IMG/VR virus record: IMGVR_UViG_3300027710_000011
Location: 1-64,000 of that record
DNA length: 64,000 nt
Strand: one strand, 5' to 3'
Shown here: piece by piece, positions 56,063 through 64,000 of the stretch
Layout: each line of letters opens with the position of its first letter
Numbering within the stretch: the first letter of the stretch is position 1
Notes under the pieces: generated by a model
What the model saw: the letters and a program-made list of their open reading frames with translations, nothing else
Told to the model about the DNA's origin: nothing
Database searches by the model: none
Program-made: the position numbers and the translations under genes

Positions 56063-56497
56063 CTATTCGTTAGTTACACGCTTATAGCGATGCAAGTTGT
56101 TAGGATGAGGGACAAGCTCACCTTGGAACTCAACCGAGTGTCCCAAGGTTTGTAGGTAAGTGACACCGAGCATAGCAAAAAGATGTCGGTGGCAAAAACT
56201 ACCAGGCGCACAGTAACAGGCCAAAGCAAATGTCTTGTGTTTCGTGAGTACTTCCCATTCCTTAGGTGCTATGCGAAGTGTCGGTATGACCTTTTCATAG
56301 TACCGTAAAGAATACTCACGGTTATCCATTTCACCGCGCCTGTACGCCATTAAATCTTCCCAATGCGGAGCGAAAGCTTTGATCCCTGATTTTGCAGTGA
56401 TATCAATTACCGGTATATTCAAGTCTCTCGCTAAGCGCCACATTGGGATCTGGATCGTGAAGATCCAGTATTCGCCGCCAGTGTTATTGGCTTGCAC
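56063..56497 (-). CDS. DUF488-like protein
   Basis: DITAKSG...FAPHW...Y...Y...ALACYC....FCHRHL pattern. Confidence 0.68.
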   Translation of the reverse strand: MQANNTGGEYWIFTIQIPMWRLARDLNIPVIDITAKSGIKAFAPHWEDLMAYRRGEMDNREYSLRYYEKVIPTLRIAPKEWEVLTKHKTFALACYCAPGSFCHRHLFAMLGVTYLQTLGHSVEFQGELVPHPNNLHRYKRVTNE

Positions 56498-57920
56498 TTT
56501 CGTCTTCCTGGAGCTTATTCAACTTGGTAATAACACCAAGCAAAGCATACAGAGTACGAAGTGTCAGGTGTTGGTTGCTCATCACCAGCTTAGGTTCTTC
56601 GCCCTCTTGCACCAGAATGCCGAATTCCACTGTATGTTGACCACCACGCAAATCAAGGTAGCCTGTTACGCTCTCGATCGCTTCAGGTGCGAACAAATGT
56701 TGCACCTTACTGTAATTCAGCTGAACATTCCAGATGCCATTGCTTTTCTGTTCACTACCTGCCGCGCTATGGAAGTGCGTTGAGAATTGAATGTACTCGC
56801 CGGCGCTCTTCTTCCGAATCTGATATCTACCTTTGTCATCGCTGCCTTTGACAGCGTCGAGCAGCGCCAAAGTAACTTCCTTTTCAGTCAACACCTTCGA
56901 CGGCGTGACGGGATAGTAACCGTTGTGACGCAAGAACTCACGGATACCTGCACGAATAGCGCGCCTAGGAATCAAGCTATCGGTGCCGAAGTGGATAGTG
57001 TTTTCCAATTCGTTATACACCTCAACCGCTACTGAGAGAGGATCACGCAACTCGTAGTGATCCGGCGGATAGATGTCGTACGGTGTGCGTACGGCATTAT
57101 TGTCGCTGAAATGAATCAACTCTCGTGCAGTCATCGCGAGTTGACCAGGTCGCGATGATCCCGTGAGTGGTGAGATGTGAAGATACACGCCACAGACGTG
57201 GAGATACTCACCACTCCAGATGATATTGAAGAATGTGCGAACCTTCCAGTGTTGATCGGGCTTTGCAGGCGAATCATAAATCTCACACTGAACTTGCCAA
57301 AGCTTCTCCACCGCGTTAGGACGGTTGGATTGGATTTGCGGAATGAAACGCATATGCAACTCACGATCGTTCTCCAAGCCAACAGTATGATTAAAGTCTT
57401 CATGACCTGCTGTGAAGGCATCCTTGTTGATTTCAAAGATGTCAACAATATCAACGTCCTTTGTACCCCAACGCGGTTTCATGGTTGTCGGAATCAACCC
57501 AGTCAACAACGTGTGTGGCTCGTACTGCTCACAAGGAGCGTAATCTTGATTAAACGTGATCTGGAAGTTTGCAGACTTCAAGTCTTCAATAGTCAGCTTG
57601 CGCAGCGGACGATATTGCTGAGGCAGAGTCGTCAGTCGCTTTGCTTCACCCTTCATCACGCCATCGACGTTATTTAGCCGGGAGAAGAGCTTGGTAACTG
57701 GCGTGACGCCGTTGAGCAAGTCATAGTGCGTGAGCAACTCGTCGTTGAGATAATTCCGCATCTGCGTGGCTTGAGACGCGTTAACGTACGTACCTAAGCT
57801 ATGCAACGCAGGAATGGCCTGCATGCCATTGAAATCCATACAAGGCCGCGCGTCTTGCGCTTGGCTGCTAATGCGCTGAGCCAGCAGAGCGAACTTCAAG
57901 ATCAAATCGGTAGGTTTCAT
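56484..57920 (-). CDS. hypothetical protein (~478 aa)
   Basis: Long ORF; start placed at ATG 57920 (GAGG SD). Confidence 0.72.
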   Translation of the reverse strand: MKPTDLILKFALLAQRISSQAQDARPCMDFNGMQAIPALHSLGTYVNASQATQMRNYLNDELLTHYDLLNGVTPVTKLFSRLNNVDGVMKGEAKRLTTLPQQYRPLRKLTIEDLKSANFQITFNQDYAPCEQYEPHTLLTGLIPTTMKPRWGTKDVDIVDIFEINKDAFTAGHEDFNHTVGLENDRELHMRFIPQIQSNRPNAVEKLWQVQCEIYDSPAKPDQHWKVRTFFNIIWSGEYLHVCGVYLHISPLTGSSRPGQLAMTARELIHFSDNNAVRTPYDIYPPDHYELRDPLSVAVEVYNELENTIHFGTDSLIPRRAIRAGIREFLRHNGYYPVTPSKVLTEKEVTLALLDAVKGSDDKGRYQIRKKSAGEYIQFSTHFHSAAGSEQKSNGIWNVQLNYSKVQHLFAPEAIESVTGYLDLRGGQHTVEFGILVQEGEEPKLVMSNQHLTLRTLYALLGVITKLNKLQEDESASQ

Positions 57921-57935
57921 TTTGTCCTCTTTCAA

Positions 57936-58259
57936 TTAGAAATGCAGTTGTTCGTATTTGGGATTATAGTCTGCGCCGACACGACATTGATGTCTTACGG
58001 CTTCAGCAAACAAGCCTTTCCATTCACCACCTTCAGGATGTTGATGGATGCGGTGCGGAATCTTTTCTTCAAACAGTATCTGAATCACAAGCTCAAGCTT
58101 GTCGTCTGAGACTCGAAATTGATCACTACCCCAATATCCGTCACTGGTGATGTAGCTATCTACCAGTTCAGCAATATCGTACATCTTACTAATGGCGTTG
58201 GTTGCACCATTATCGACGGCTAGTAAACCGACGTTTAGATAAATCAAATAAGATTTCAA
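57936..58259 (-). CDS. hypothetical protein
   Basis: The start must lie downstream of the 58288 promoter, either TTG 58259 or ATG 58184. Confidence 0.5.
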   Translation of the reverse strand: MKSYLIYLNVGLLAVDNGATNAISKMYDIAELVDSYITSDGYWGSDQFRVSDDKLELVIQILFEEKIPHRIHQHPEGGEWKGLFAEAVRHQCRVGADYNPKYEQLHF

Positions 58260-58287
58260 AAGGCCCCCGCTGTTATAAGTCTGTGAT

Positions 58288-58312
58288 GTAATATGTGTTT
58301 GATAAAATCTAC
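58288..58312 (-). promoter_or_regulatory. early-type promoter motif
   Basis: Minus strand GTAG-N12-ACATATTAC. Confidence 0.68.
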
Positions 58313-58404
58313 ACACCAGCGCAGCTTTATCATTCAGACTTTGTACATAGCTTTTACTTGTCCCGTTAGTAATTACTTCTAATCAGACAAAATAAAAAAG
58401 GCAG

Positions 58405-58433
58405 CATAGACTGGAGGCCGAAGCCTCCAGTCG
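58405..58433 (-). terminator. hairpin terminator
   Basis: Minus strand GACTGGAGGC-TTCG-GCCTCCAGTC-TATGC followed by a T-run. Confidence 0.78.
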
Positions 58434-58589
58434 TACGGGATGAAGCTCATCACTTGGATTTTCTATCTGCTTGTCACCATCGGCTCTCATGCGAAACAAT
58501 TAAGAACGCTAGCACTAGGAGACATTAAAGCGCACGTTACACAAACGTACTGATTTAGCAGGGGCTTGGCGATACAGCCTATATAATTG

Positions 58590-59006
58590 TTAAGGAGTTA
58601 CATGACTATCCTGCTCCGCTGCTTTCCAGAACATCCCGAAGGACAAGGCCAGCAGCAAGCCGGTGAAAGTCATCAAAATCCAAAGACCCAACGTATTGGT
58701 CATCGGTTTTTGGACGTAATACAAAACGCTCAACGTCATGAGACACGCGCCCGTCAAAGGAAGCATGTACGCAAACGAGAACATCTGCATGATGGTACGA
58801 CTGCGCGCATGTACGTAACCGTACAGCGAGAACAGCGCGAAAATGAGTCCCAGCATGAATGCTGTCTGAAAGTCAGCACCCTTGTACAACAACTTGAACT
58901 CCTCCAAGCCCGTCAGCATGAGACTGATCATGGCGTTAAAGAAGTACACCACGCCTGCCAGCACCAGCATTTGTAGCTTCAAGATTTTTGTTGTGTTTGA
59001 TTTCAT
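58590..59006 (-). CDS. four-TM membrane protein
   Basis: Four hydrophobic segments and an ATGA overlap. Confidence 0.68.
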   Translation of the reverse strand: MKSNTTKILKLQMLVLAGVVYFFNAMISLMLTGLEEFKLLYKGADFQTAFMLGLIFALFSLYGYVHARSRTIMQMFSFAYMLPLTGACLMTLSVLYYVQKPMTNTLGLWILMTFTGLLLALSFGMFWKAAEQDSHVTP

Positions 59007-59539
59007 TTTGTTGCCTCAGTAGCCGAGTTTGGTTTTGGAGTAACACGATCACCTGGTCGGCGACCAATTCGTGTATAACCGTGTTTGCGAATTTCAAACC
59101 ATCTGTCAATTAATTCATAGTAAAACAGAACCATTGACAAAATGGAGATGACTGAGTTGATCAGAATCACGGCGCTAATGTACGGGTTGACCAAGACTTG
59201 CAATGGTACTAATACCGCATATAAGATTCCAATTCCTAAAAAGAATCCACCAATGATCACTGAATGCACAATGATTGCACCGATGAATCTCTCCAACAGC
59301 AAGAACATGATCGTTGCGATCGCGTAGATGCAAAACACAAAGTTCAGTTCTGGGATCAACTGCATTTTCTGCAAGTCGAGCTTGTGGATTTCACTATGCA
59401 TGCCCGGCCAGTTAAGAACCAGCGTCATGTAAGCGTTTGCCAGAATATAGGGCATCATCGCGTAAAACGCAGAGCCTACTGTGGCGCGAAAATGAATATT
59501 CTTGATAGTCATCGCTGGCCCCGATTGGTTGTTCATCAT
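59003..59539 (-). CDS. four-TM membrane protein
   Basis: Four hydrophobic segments and a basic C-terminal tail. Confidence 0.68.
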   Translation of the reverse strand: MMNNQSGPAMTIKNIHFRATVGSAFYAMMPYILANAYMTLVLNWPGMHSEIHKLDLQKMQLIPELNFVFCIYAIATIMFLLLERFIGAIIVHSVIIGGFFLGIGILYAVLVPLQVLVNPYISAVILINSVISILSMVLFYYELIDRWFEIRKHGYTRIGRRPGDRVTPKPNSATEATK

Positions 59540-59628
59540 ATGTTTATAGTTCTTATCTCATAAAAAGACAGTAGTCTCTATGAGGCGTGTGTTCGCACTA
59601 CTCTGTTCCCACACCTATTGGAGTGTAA

Positions 59629-59991
59629 ATGAAGAAGCTTGAAGTTGTTTTGATCGAAGACTGGCGCAAAGCCTGGACAATGTACTCAGTGTGGTTCTTT
59701 GGCCTGCTGATGGCATTCCCGGAGCTGTACAACGCAGCAATCGCATCTGGCTTGATCACACAAGACCAAGTGCCTCCTCTGTTCAGCAAACTCGTGACAA
59801 CAATCTCCTTCATCGGCTTGTGCTCGCGCCTGGTTGGTCAGAAGAAGAAGTCGATCGAGGAACTTTCTCCTGAAGCCCAGAAGAACGTTGCGCTCGGTAT
59901 CGAGACGCTGGAAGAAGCCATGGAAGAGAAAACGAAACCCATTGCGGAAGTCGTGATCTCTGAAGAAGCACCTGCGAAACCTGGCCAGTAA
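59629..59991 (+). CDS. holin-like two-TM protein
   Basis: GGAG SD. LIEDWRKAWTMYSVW...RLVGQK is a pattern typical of a small phage holin family. The gene is isolated on the plus strand with its own terminator. Confidence 0.62.
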   Translation: MKKLEVVLIEDWRKAWTMYSVWFFGLLMAFPELYNAAIASGLITQDQVPPLFSKLVTTISFIGLCSRLVGQKKKSIEELSPEAQKNVALGIETLEEAMEEKTKPIAEVVISEEAPAKPGQ

Positions 59992-60001
59992 GGCTTTGGT
60001 G

Positions 60002-60096
60002 TAAATGGAGGGAGTCATTCCCTCCATTTATGACGCCCTATTTGTAACCGTGCTTTATAGCAAAATAAAAAGAGAGGATGACCTCTCCTTTTATGT
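60002..60096. terminator. two back-to-back terminators
   Basis: TAAATGGAGGGA-GTCAT-TCCCTCCATTTATG and AAAAAGAGAGG-ATGA-CCTCTCCTTTTATG between convergent genes. Confidence 0.72.
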
Positions 60097-60104
60097 CGTG
60101 TTGT

Positions 60105-60479
60105 TTAACGGCCGTTGGACTCAGCGAGCTTATTCAAGTCCTTGTGGAACTCATTGAGCATGTTGATGAAGTACGTCTTAAGTGCTTCACGAACAATGCC
60201 GGCCGCAGTATCGTCTTTCACATGGTTAAGAATAGTCCACACAGCCTGCGCGGCCGCGGCATTTTTTAACACCAGTGTTTTCAGATGCTCATCAGAAACA
60301 ACGATCTTACCTTCACCCATTTCCTTCGTCAGTTCGATGATTTTCTTACCATCGATTGCAAAGATGTAGGACGTAGGCTTGATGTTCGCTGCGGCAACGA
60401 TACCGTAACCCCCAGGGAAGTTGGGAGGCGTGATGACGCCTTGGCAATTCGTATTCAAGTGGTTTTCTTGATCACTCAT
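60105..60479 (-). CDS. hypothetical protein, tandem paralog 3
   Basis: C-terminal INMLNEFHK motif shared with the two upstream genes. Confidence 0.68.
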   Translation of the reverse strand: MSDQENHLNTNCQGVITPPNFPGGYGIVAAANIKPTSYIFAIDGKKIIELTKEMGEGKIVVSDEHLKTLVLKNAAAAQAVWTILNHVKDDTAAGIVREALKTYFINMLNEFHKDLNKLAESNGR

Positions 60480-60909
60480 CTTTGGCCTTATTTGAAGGGT
60501 AGGTATCTTCGCGAGTGAGTCGCTGAACCATGCGCTTGTGGAAGCCGTTCAGGAAGCACACCAGGAGAGGATCCAGCATGTCGTGCAGCTCTTCCTCGGA
60601 CATACCGCTTGCTTGGAGCAAGTGATCGTACGCCTGCGTGTTTCTCCGGATGCGATCAGCGTTACCGTGCGTAATGCCGGCGTTGAGGCAGTCCAAGATC
60701 ATCTCTTTGTCCATAGAGATGTCCGCTTGTGCTTGATCGGCATCAATGATGAGGACGGTTTTGCCTTCACCATTTCGCATTTCAAGCAGATGAGGAATTT
60801 TGTCTTTGTACCTGCTTAAATCACCCGAGACCCAGTTAGGGTTAGCAGGCATGCCGATCCAAGTGCCGGTAGAGCACTCTACTTTGACTTGATTTTCTTC
60901 AGCCGACAT
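60472..60909 (-). CDS. hypothetical protein, tandem paralog 2
   Basis: Start at MSAEEN with an AGGAG SD; CFLNGFHK motif. Confidence 0.68.
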   Translation of the reverse strand: MSAEENQVKVECSTGTWIGMPANPNWVSGDLSRYKDKIPHLLEMRNGEGKTVLIIDADQAQADISMDKEMILDCLNAGITHGNADRIRRNTQAYDHLLQASGMSEEELHDMLDPLLVCFLNGFHKRMVQRLTREDTYPSNKAKDE

Positions 60910-61303
60910 TTGGTTCTCCTGTATTGTTAGGCATCGGTGTGCCGCTGTTCGCGTAGCACATCGCATACACGTTTTGGTGGAAAGCGTTGATGGCGCTGGA
61001 CAACAACACGTGCAGAACGTCGTTGAACGTGCGTTCGTTCTGACCATCAATGGCCAGCACTTCATTGCGCAGTTCGTTATAAACATTCATTGCTTCTGGT
61101 TTTGACAGCGTCAACATCCGCAACCATTCTTCATCGAGCTTGATGTCCACCGTACCCATCTTCTCGCTGATCACCAGCAACTGTTTGTATGGTTCATCTT
61201 GGCGGAAGACGATTGTGTTTGGTGGCGGAACATTCTCAGACAGATCGTTGCGATCCGAAAAGGGATGGGTAAAATCCGCATCAGAAGCTTGTTGATTATC
61301 CAT
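60899..61303 (-). CDS. hypothetical protein, tandem paralog 1
   Basis: AAGGAG SD; SAINAFHQ motif. Confidence 0.7.
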   Translation of the reverse strand: MDNQQASDADFTHPFSDRNDLSENVPPPNTIVFRQDEPYKQLLVISEKMGTVDIKLDEEWLRMLTLSKPEAMNVYNELRNEVLAIDGQNERTFNDVLHVLLSSAINAFHQNVYAMCYANSGTPMPNNTGEPNVG

Positions 61304-61361
61304 GACTTGGTTCTCCTTTTTAAGTCATAGGAGTCCCAAGTCACGTAAAAAAGATCATCCG

Positions 61362-61679
61362 TCAGAACAATCCTAAGAATTTCTTTCGCGGGGTGATATT
61401 CAGCGTCTGAAGGGTTTCAACGAAACCAGCCATCTTCAAAGCGCGAAGATTCTCAGGCTTGCTGATTTCTTCCACAAAACCATTCACCGCTGCCTGCGCA
61501 GAACGATCCCAGGTCTCATCCACGAGACCTTCTAGCGTGGCCACCAAGGAATCATCGTCACCGATGGAACCGATGAACTTATCCTTGTAGTAGATGTGTC
61601 TGACACCAGACTCCATCACTACCAAACGAACCACCGAGTTCTCACCAGGAGCTTTGTGCTCGCTTTTGATACCAGACAT
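61362..61679 (-). CDS. hypothetical protein with C-terminal amphipathic KKFLGLF
   Basis: AGGAG SD; terminal RKKFLGLF resembles a MinD-type membrane-targeting sequence. Confidence 0.68.
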   Translation of the reverse strand: MSGIKSEHKAPGENSVVRLVVMESGVRHIYYKDKFIGSIGDDDSLVATLEGLVDETWDRSAQAAVNGFVEEISKPENLRALKMAGFVETLQTLNITPRKKFLGLF

Positions 61680-61692
61680 CTTGATCTCCTAG

Positions 61693-62196
61693 TTAGTTGT
61701 AGAACTTCATCTGCATTTGACGCATGACGTCTTTGTGTTCAGTAGTTTTGATAACTGCTGTGCAGCTGAAGGAAAAGAAGAAGCATTCGCTATCTTTGTC
61801 TTCCTCATACTTGATTTCGATTGTCATCACAGGACACTTGTCAGTAGTCACCGGATCTTTGCCTTGGTGCTTGTTGTAAAAGGAGTGCATAAAGACACCT
61901 AACACAGCAGAGAACTCGCTGGCGTAAGCTTGGCCCGTCACGATTGGTTCATCAGCGTGGTGATTGAACTTATCGATGAGGACTTCCAAGATTTCCATAA
62001 TCAAGTCGTGATGCAGTCTGACAGTTCTTTCTAAATTATCCAAATTAGCGGGCGGTTCCAGAAACGGTACACCGCTGATAACAGCATAGTTTCGGCTGAA
62101 CTTGATCTTGCTCACGTACGAAGCAGCTACCTCATTAAACAAGGCAGCGCTGTTGTTTGGTTTGGTCAAGCGATTCATGATTGCGTCTTTGTCCAT
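61693..62196 (-). CDS. hypothetical protein (167 aa)
   Basis: AAGGA SD; ORF track. Confidence 0.68.
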   Translation of the reverse strand: MDKDAIMNRLTKPNNSAALFNEVAASYVSKIKFSRNYAVISGVPFLEPPANLDNLERTVRLHHDLIMEILEVLIDKFNHHADEPIVTGQAYASEFSAVLGVFMHSFYNKHQGKDPVTTDKCPVMTIEIKYEEDKDSECFFFSFSCTAVIKTTEHKDVMRQMQMKFYN

Positions 62197-62213
62197 TTTC
62201 TTTTATCCTTTAT

Positions 62214-62795
62214 TTAGTTGCCGTATACGTTTTGCGGGAAACCAGCGACGTCGTAGTTTGGTTCATCCGGGAGCACATTGAATCGATCAGAGCACACGAG
62301 TTGGATCAATTTGACATCAGCTGTCTTAAATCCATAGCGGTCGACAGAGAGGATCACTTCCTCTCTGGTTTTCATCCAGTCCAAGAGTTTGATCTTGATG
62401 CGCGAGCGCTGAGGTTCGTCGTCAATAATGACGCAATAATCACGTTCTTCGAGAACCTCATCAAGCAAACGCTGGTAGTTCTCCTGGGTGAATTCAGGGC
62501 TATCCAGCATTTTCTGCGACAAGAGATTCATCAGGTTAGCAAGAGTTTTACTCGTGCTACCGGACACAAGGATTTCCGGAATACCGGCCCCAGTGTTACC
62601 GATCGTATACAAGTAAGGAAGATTACTATCATCGCCATTAACGCCCTGAATAGCACGGCCCTGCTTAGAGATGATTTTCATCATTGATTGCTTGTAGGCT
62701 TTTATTTTCTGTGCAAACTTCTTCAAGACAAATTGCGCGCGCGCGACCACGATGTGCTTGCGTGCACGGACTTTATTTGTTTTGACAATGCTCAT
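62214..62795 (-). CDS. DUF4262-like protein
   Basis: YLYTIGN...GIPEILVSG and QLVCSDRFNVLPDEPNY motifs. Confidence 0.65.
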   Translation of the reverse strand: MSIVKTNKVRARKHIVVARAQFVLKKFAQKIKAYKQSMMKIISKQGRAIQGVNGDDSNLPYLYTIGNTGAGIPEILVSGSTSKTLANLMNLLSQKMLDSPEFTQENYQRLLDEVLEERDYCVIIDDEPQRSRIKIKLLDWMKTREEVILSVDRYGFKTADVKLIQLVCSDRFNVLPDEPNYDVAGFPQNVYGN

Positions 62796-62834
62796 TTCTT
62801 TTTATCCTATCTAAGTTGGTTGTTAGGTCAAGCA

Positions 62835-62859
62835 GTGATATGTAATTAAAAAAGAATAG
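62835..62859 (-). promoter_or_regulatory. early-type promoter motif
   Basis: Minus strand CTAT-N12-ACATATCAC, just downstream of a terminator. Confidence 0.68.
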
Positions 62860-62862
62860 ACT

Positions 62863-62897
62863 GCATAAAGGGAGAGGCAAACGCCTCTCCCTTTATT
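62863..62897 (-). terminator. hairpin + TTTATG terminator
   Basis: GCATAAAGGGAGAGGC-AAAC-GCCTCTCCCTTTAT. Confidence 0.8.
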
Positions 62898-63318
62898 AAC
62901 TCTGTTGCAGACCGATGGTTTTATAGAGTTCTTGTGCCTCCGTAACCGTCAGGTCAAGGAACTCCTGATTAGGAATGGGAGCAAGAAAAGTGTTGTACTC
63001 CCACGAGCCGTTGGCATAATTATTGTTGTAACACACCGAACCAATCAGCTTGTCTTCGCTGAGATACTTGTAAACGGTCACGAACTTGACCAAAGCGGCC
63101 TCAGGATTGACCGTCAAGGCATGTTGCATAACCGCGACCACACCCAGAAGCATGCCGACAGTAGGCGCCGTCAACACGGTGAACAAGCCTTCTGCGTACA
63201 CCAGCTTTGCGCACGTAATCGCTTCGCCCGGAGACTCAAAGCTGCCGATGCGAGTCAGCATGTATTTGTCTTGAATTTTGTTCAAAACGAAGTACTCGCG
63301 GAGATTGTTGGGTTTCAT
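62896..63318 (-). CDS. hypothetical protein (~140 aa)
   Basis: Start at MKPNNL (AAGGA SD), downstream of the 63338-63366 hairpin. Confidence 0.62.
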   Translation of the reverse strand: MKPNNLREYFVLNKIQDKYMLTRIGSFESPGEAITCAKLVYAEGLFTVLTAPTVGMLLGVVAVMQHALTVNPEAALVKFVTVYKYLSEDKLIGSVCYNNNYANGSWEYNTFLAPIPNQEFLDLTVTEAQELYKTIGLQQS

Positions 63319-63370
63319 AGTTTTCCTTTTTGACGACATAAAGGAGGAGGCGAAATGCCTCCTTGTGGGG

Positions 63371-63982
63371 TTACGTGTAGAAGATGTGTCCACCAAGCCG
63401 ATAGCGAGCTGCGTAGCGCTTCAGAAATGGCTTTTCATGGACACCGTGGAAGTAGACGCTGCGGCCGACTGGATTGGGCTCGAGCTTGAGTAGGACCCGA
63501 CGTGCGATATCTCGAACATCGTCGAATTCCTTGGAAGGTTTGATAACGTCACTCCTCCCGTCGCAGTACCAGCCGAATTGGCATTGGTTCTTTACTGCTT
63601 TCCCGTTGATATGTTTTCCCTGGCGAACAACACCGCACACGGTGTCAGGGAATCGCTTGTCAGCTGCGCGATTGGTTACCACGTAACCTACAGCAGCCAG
63701 GCCTTTGCGGCCTTCACCCCTTGCTTCGAAATACATCGCTTGCGTTAGGCAGTTGAGACTATTCTCATCAGGCTGTTGCACTGACGGAACTTCGTCTTCC
63801 ACGATGAATGTCGCCGGCCCAAGTATTCGTGGATGGGGCTTGATTTCTTCAGAAACCTGTTTTGTGACAACCGGAGCTTGTTCAGCCAACACGGATTGCA
63901 CTTGACGAGTTTCTATCTCCGCTTGATGCGAAGAGATTGTCGAACAACCGACAAGGATAGCTAACATGAAGAACGTCAGCAT
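63371..63982 (-). CDS. SleB/Hydrolase_2 cell wall hydrolase with lipoprotein signal
   Basis: CLTQAMYFEARGE, AVGYVVTNR, FPDTVCGVV, CQFGW and LGGHIFY motifs, plus an N-terminal LVGC lipobox. The frame stays open to the window edge, so the start may lie further upstream. Confidence 0.88.
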   Translation of the reverse strand: MLTFFMLAILVGCSTISSHQAEIETRQVQSVLAEQAPVVTKQVSEEIKPHPRILGPATFIVEDEVPSVQQPDENSLNCLTQAMYFEARGEGRKGLAAVGYVVTNRAADKRFPDTVCGVVRQGKHINGKAVKNQCQFGWYCDGRSDVIKPSKEFDDVRDIARRVLLKLEPNPVGRSVYFHGVHEKPFLKRYAARYRLGGHIFYT

Positions 63983-64000
63983 AAGGCCTTTGACGGAGCC

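Noticed and set aside
1-64000. CRISPR arrays, tRNAs, rRNA, IS elements or integrases
   Set aside because: None recognised. The repeats are coding repeats or terminator hairpins without regular spacers.

Overview
This window looks like part of a phiKZ-like jumbo phage genome (Chimalliviridae-type). The call rests on protein motifs and recalled gene order; no database search was run. 1-27 kb is a large tail/baseplate and receptor-binding region: several fibres, three with S74 chaperones, two NPH-repeat proteins, a spike, a fibrinogen-like lectin and an adhesin ending in a Hint domain, with an SbcC ATPase inserted. 27-47 kb holds a candidate packaged ADP-ribosyltransferase, a CYTH-domain polyprotein, spanins, RuvC, virion proteins, a probable portal, a split RNA polymerase beta subunit, the major capsid protein and a DnaB helicase. 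47-64 kb is an accessory block, mostly on the minus strand, marked by a recurring bipartite promoter-like motif (TA-N13-ACATATNAC). The main discovery is two stand-alone, ORF-free, densely structured minus-strand RNA genes, each with its own copy of that promoter and its own terminator. One is a ~950-nt multi-domain RNA (about 51380 to 50431) with GNRA/UUCG tetraloops, G-U-rich helices, nested long-range pairings and a kissing-loop candidate. The other is a ~190-nt RNA (about 47476 to 47284) with repeated UUGGUU loops, an anti-Shine-Dalgarno-like tract and a Y-shaped junction. All RNA folding was done by eye.
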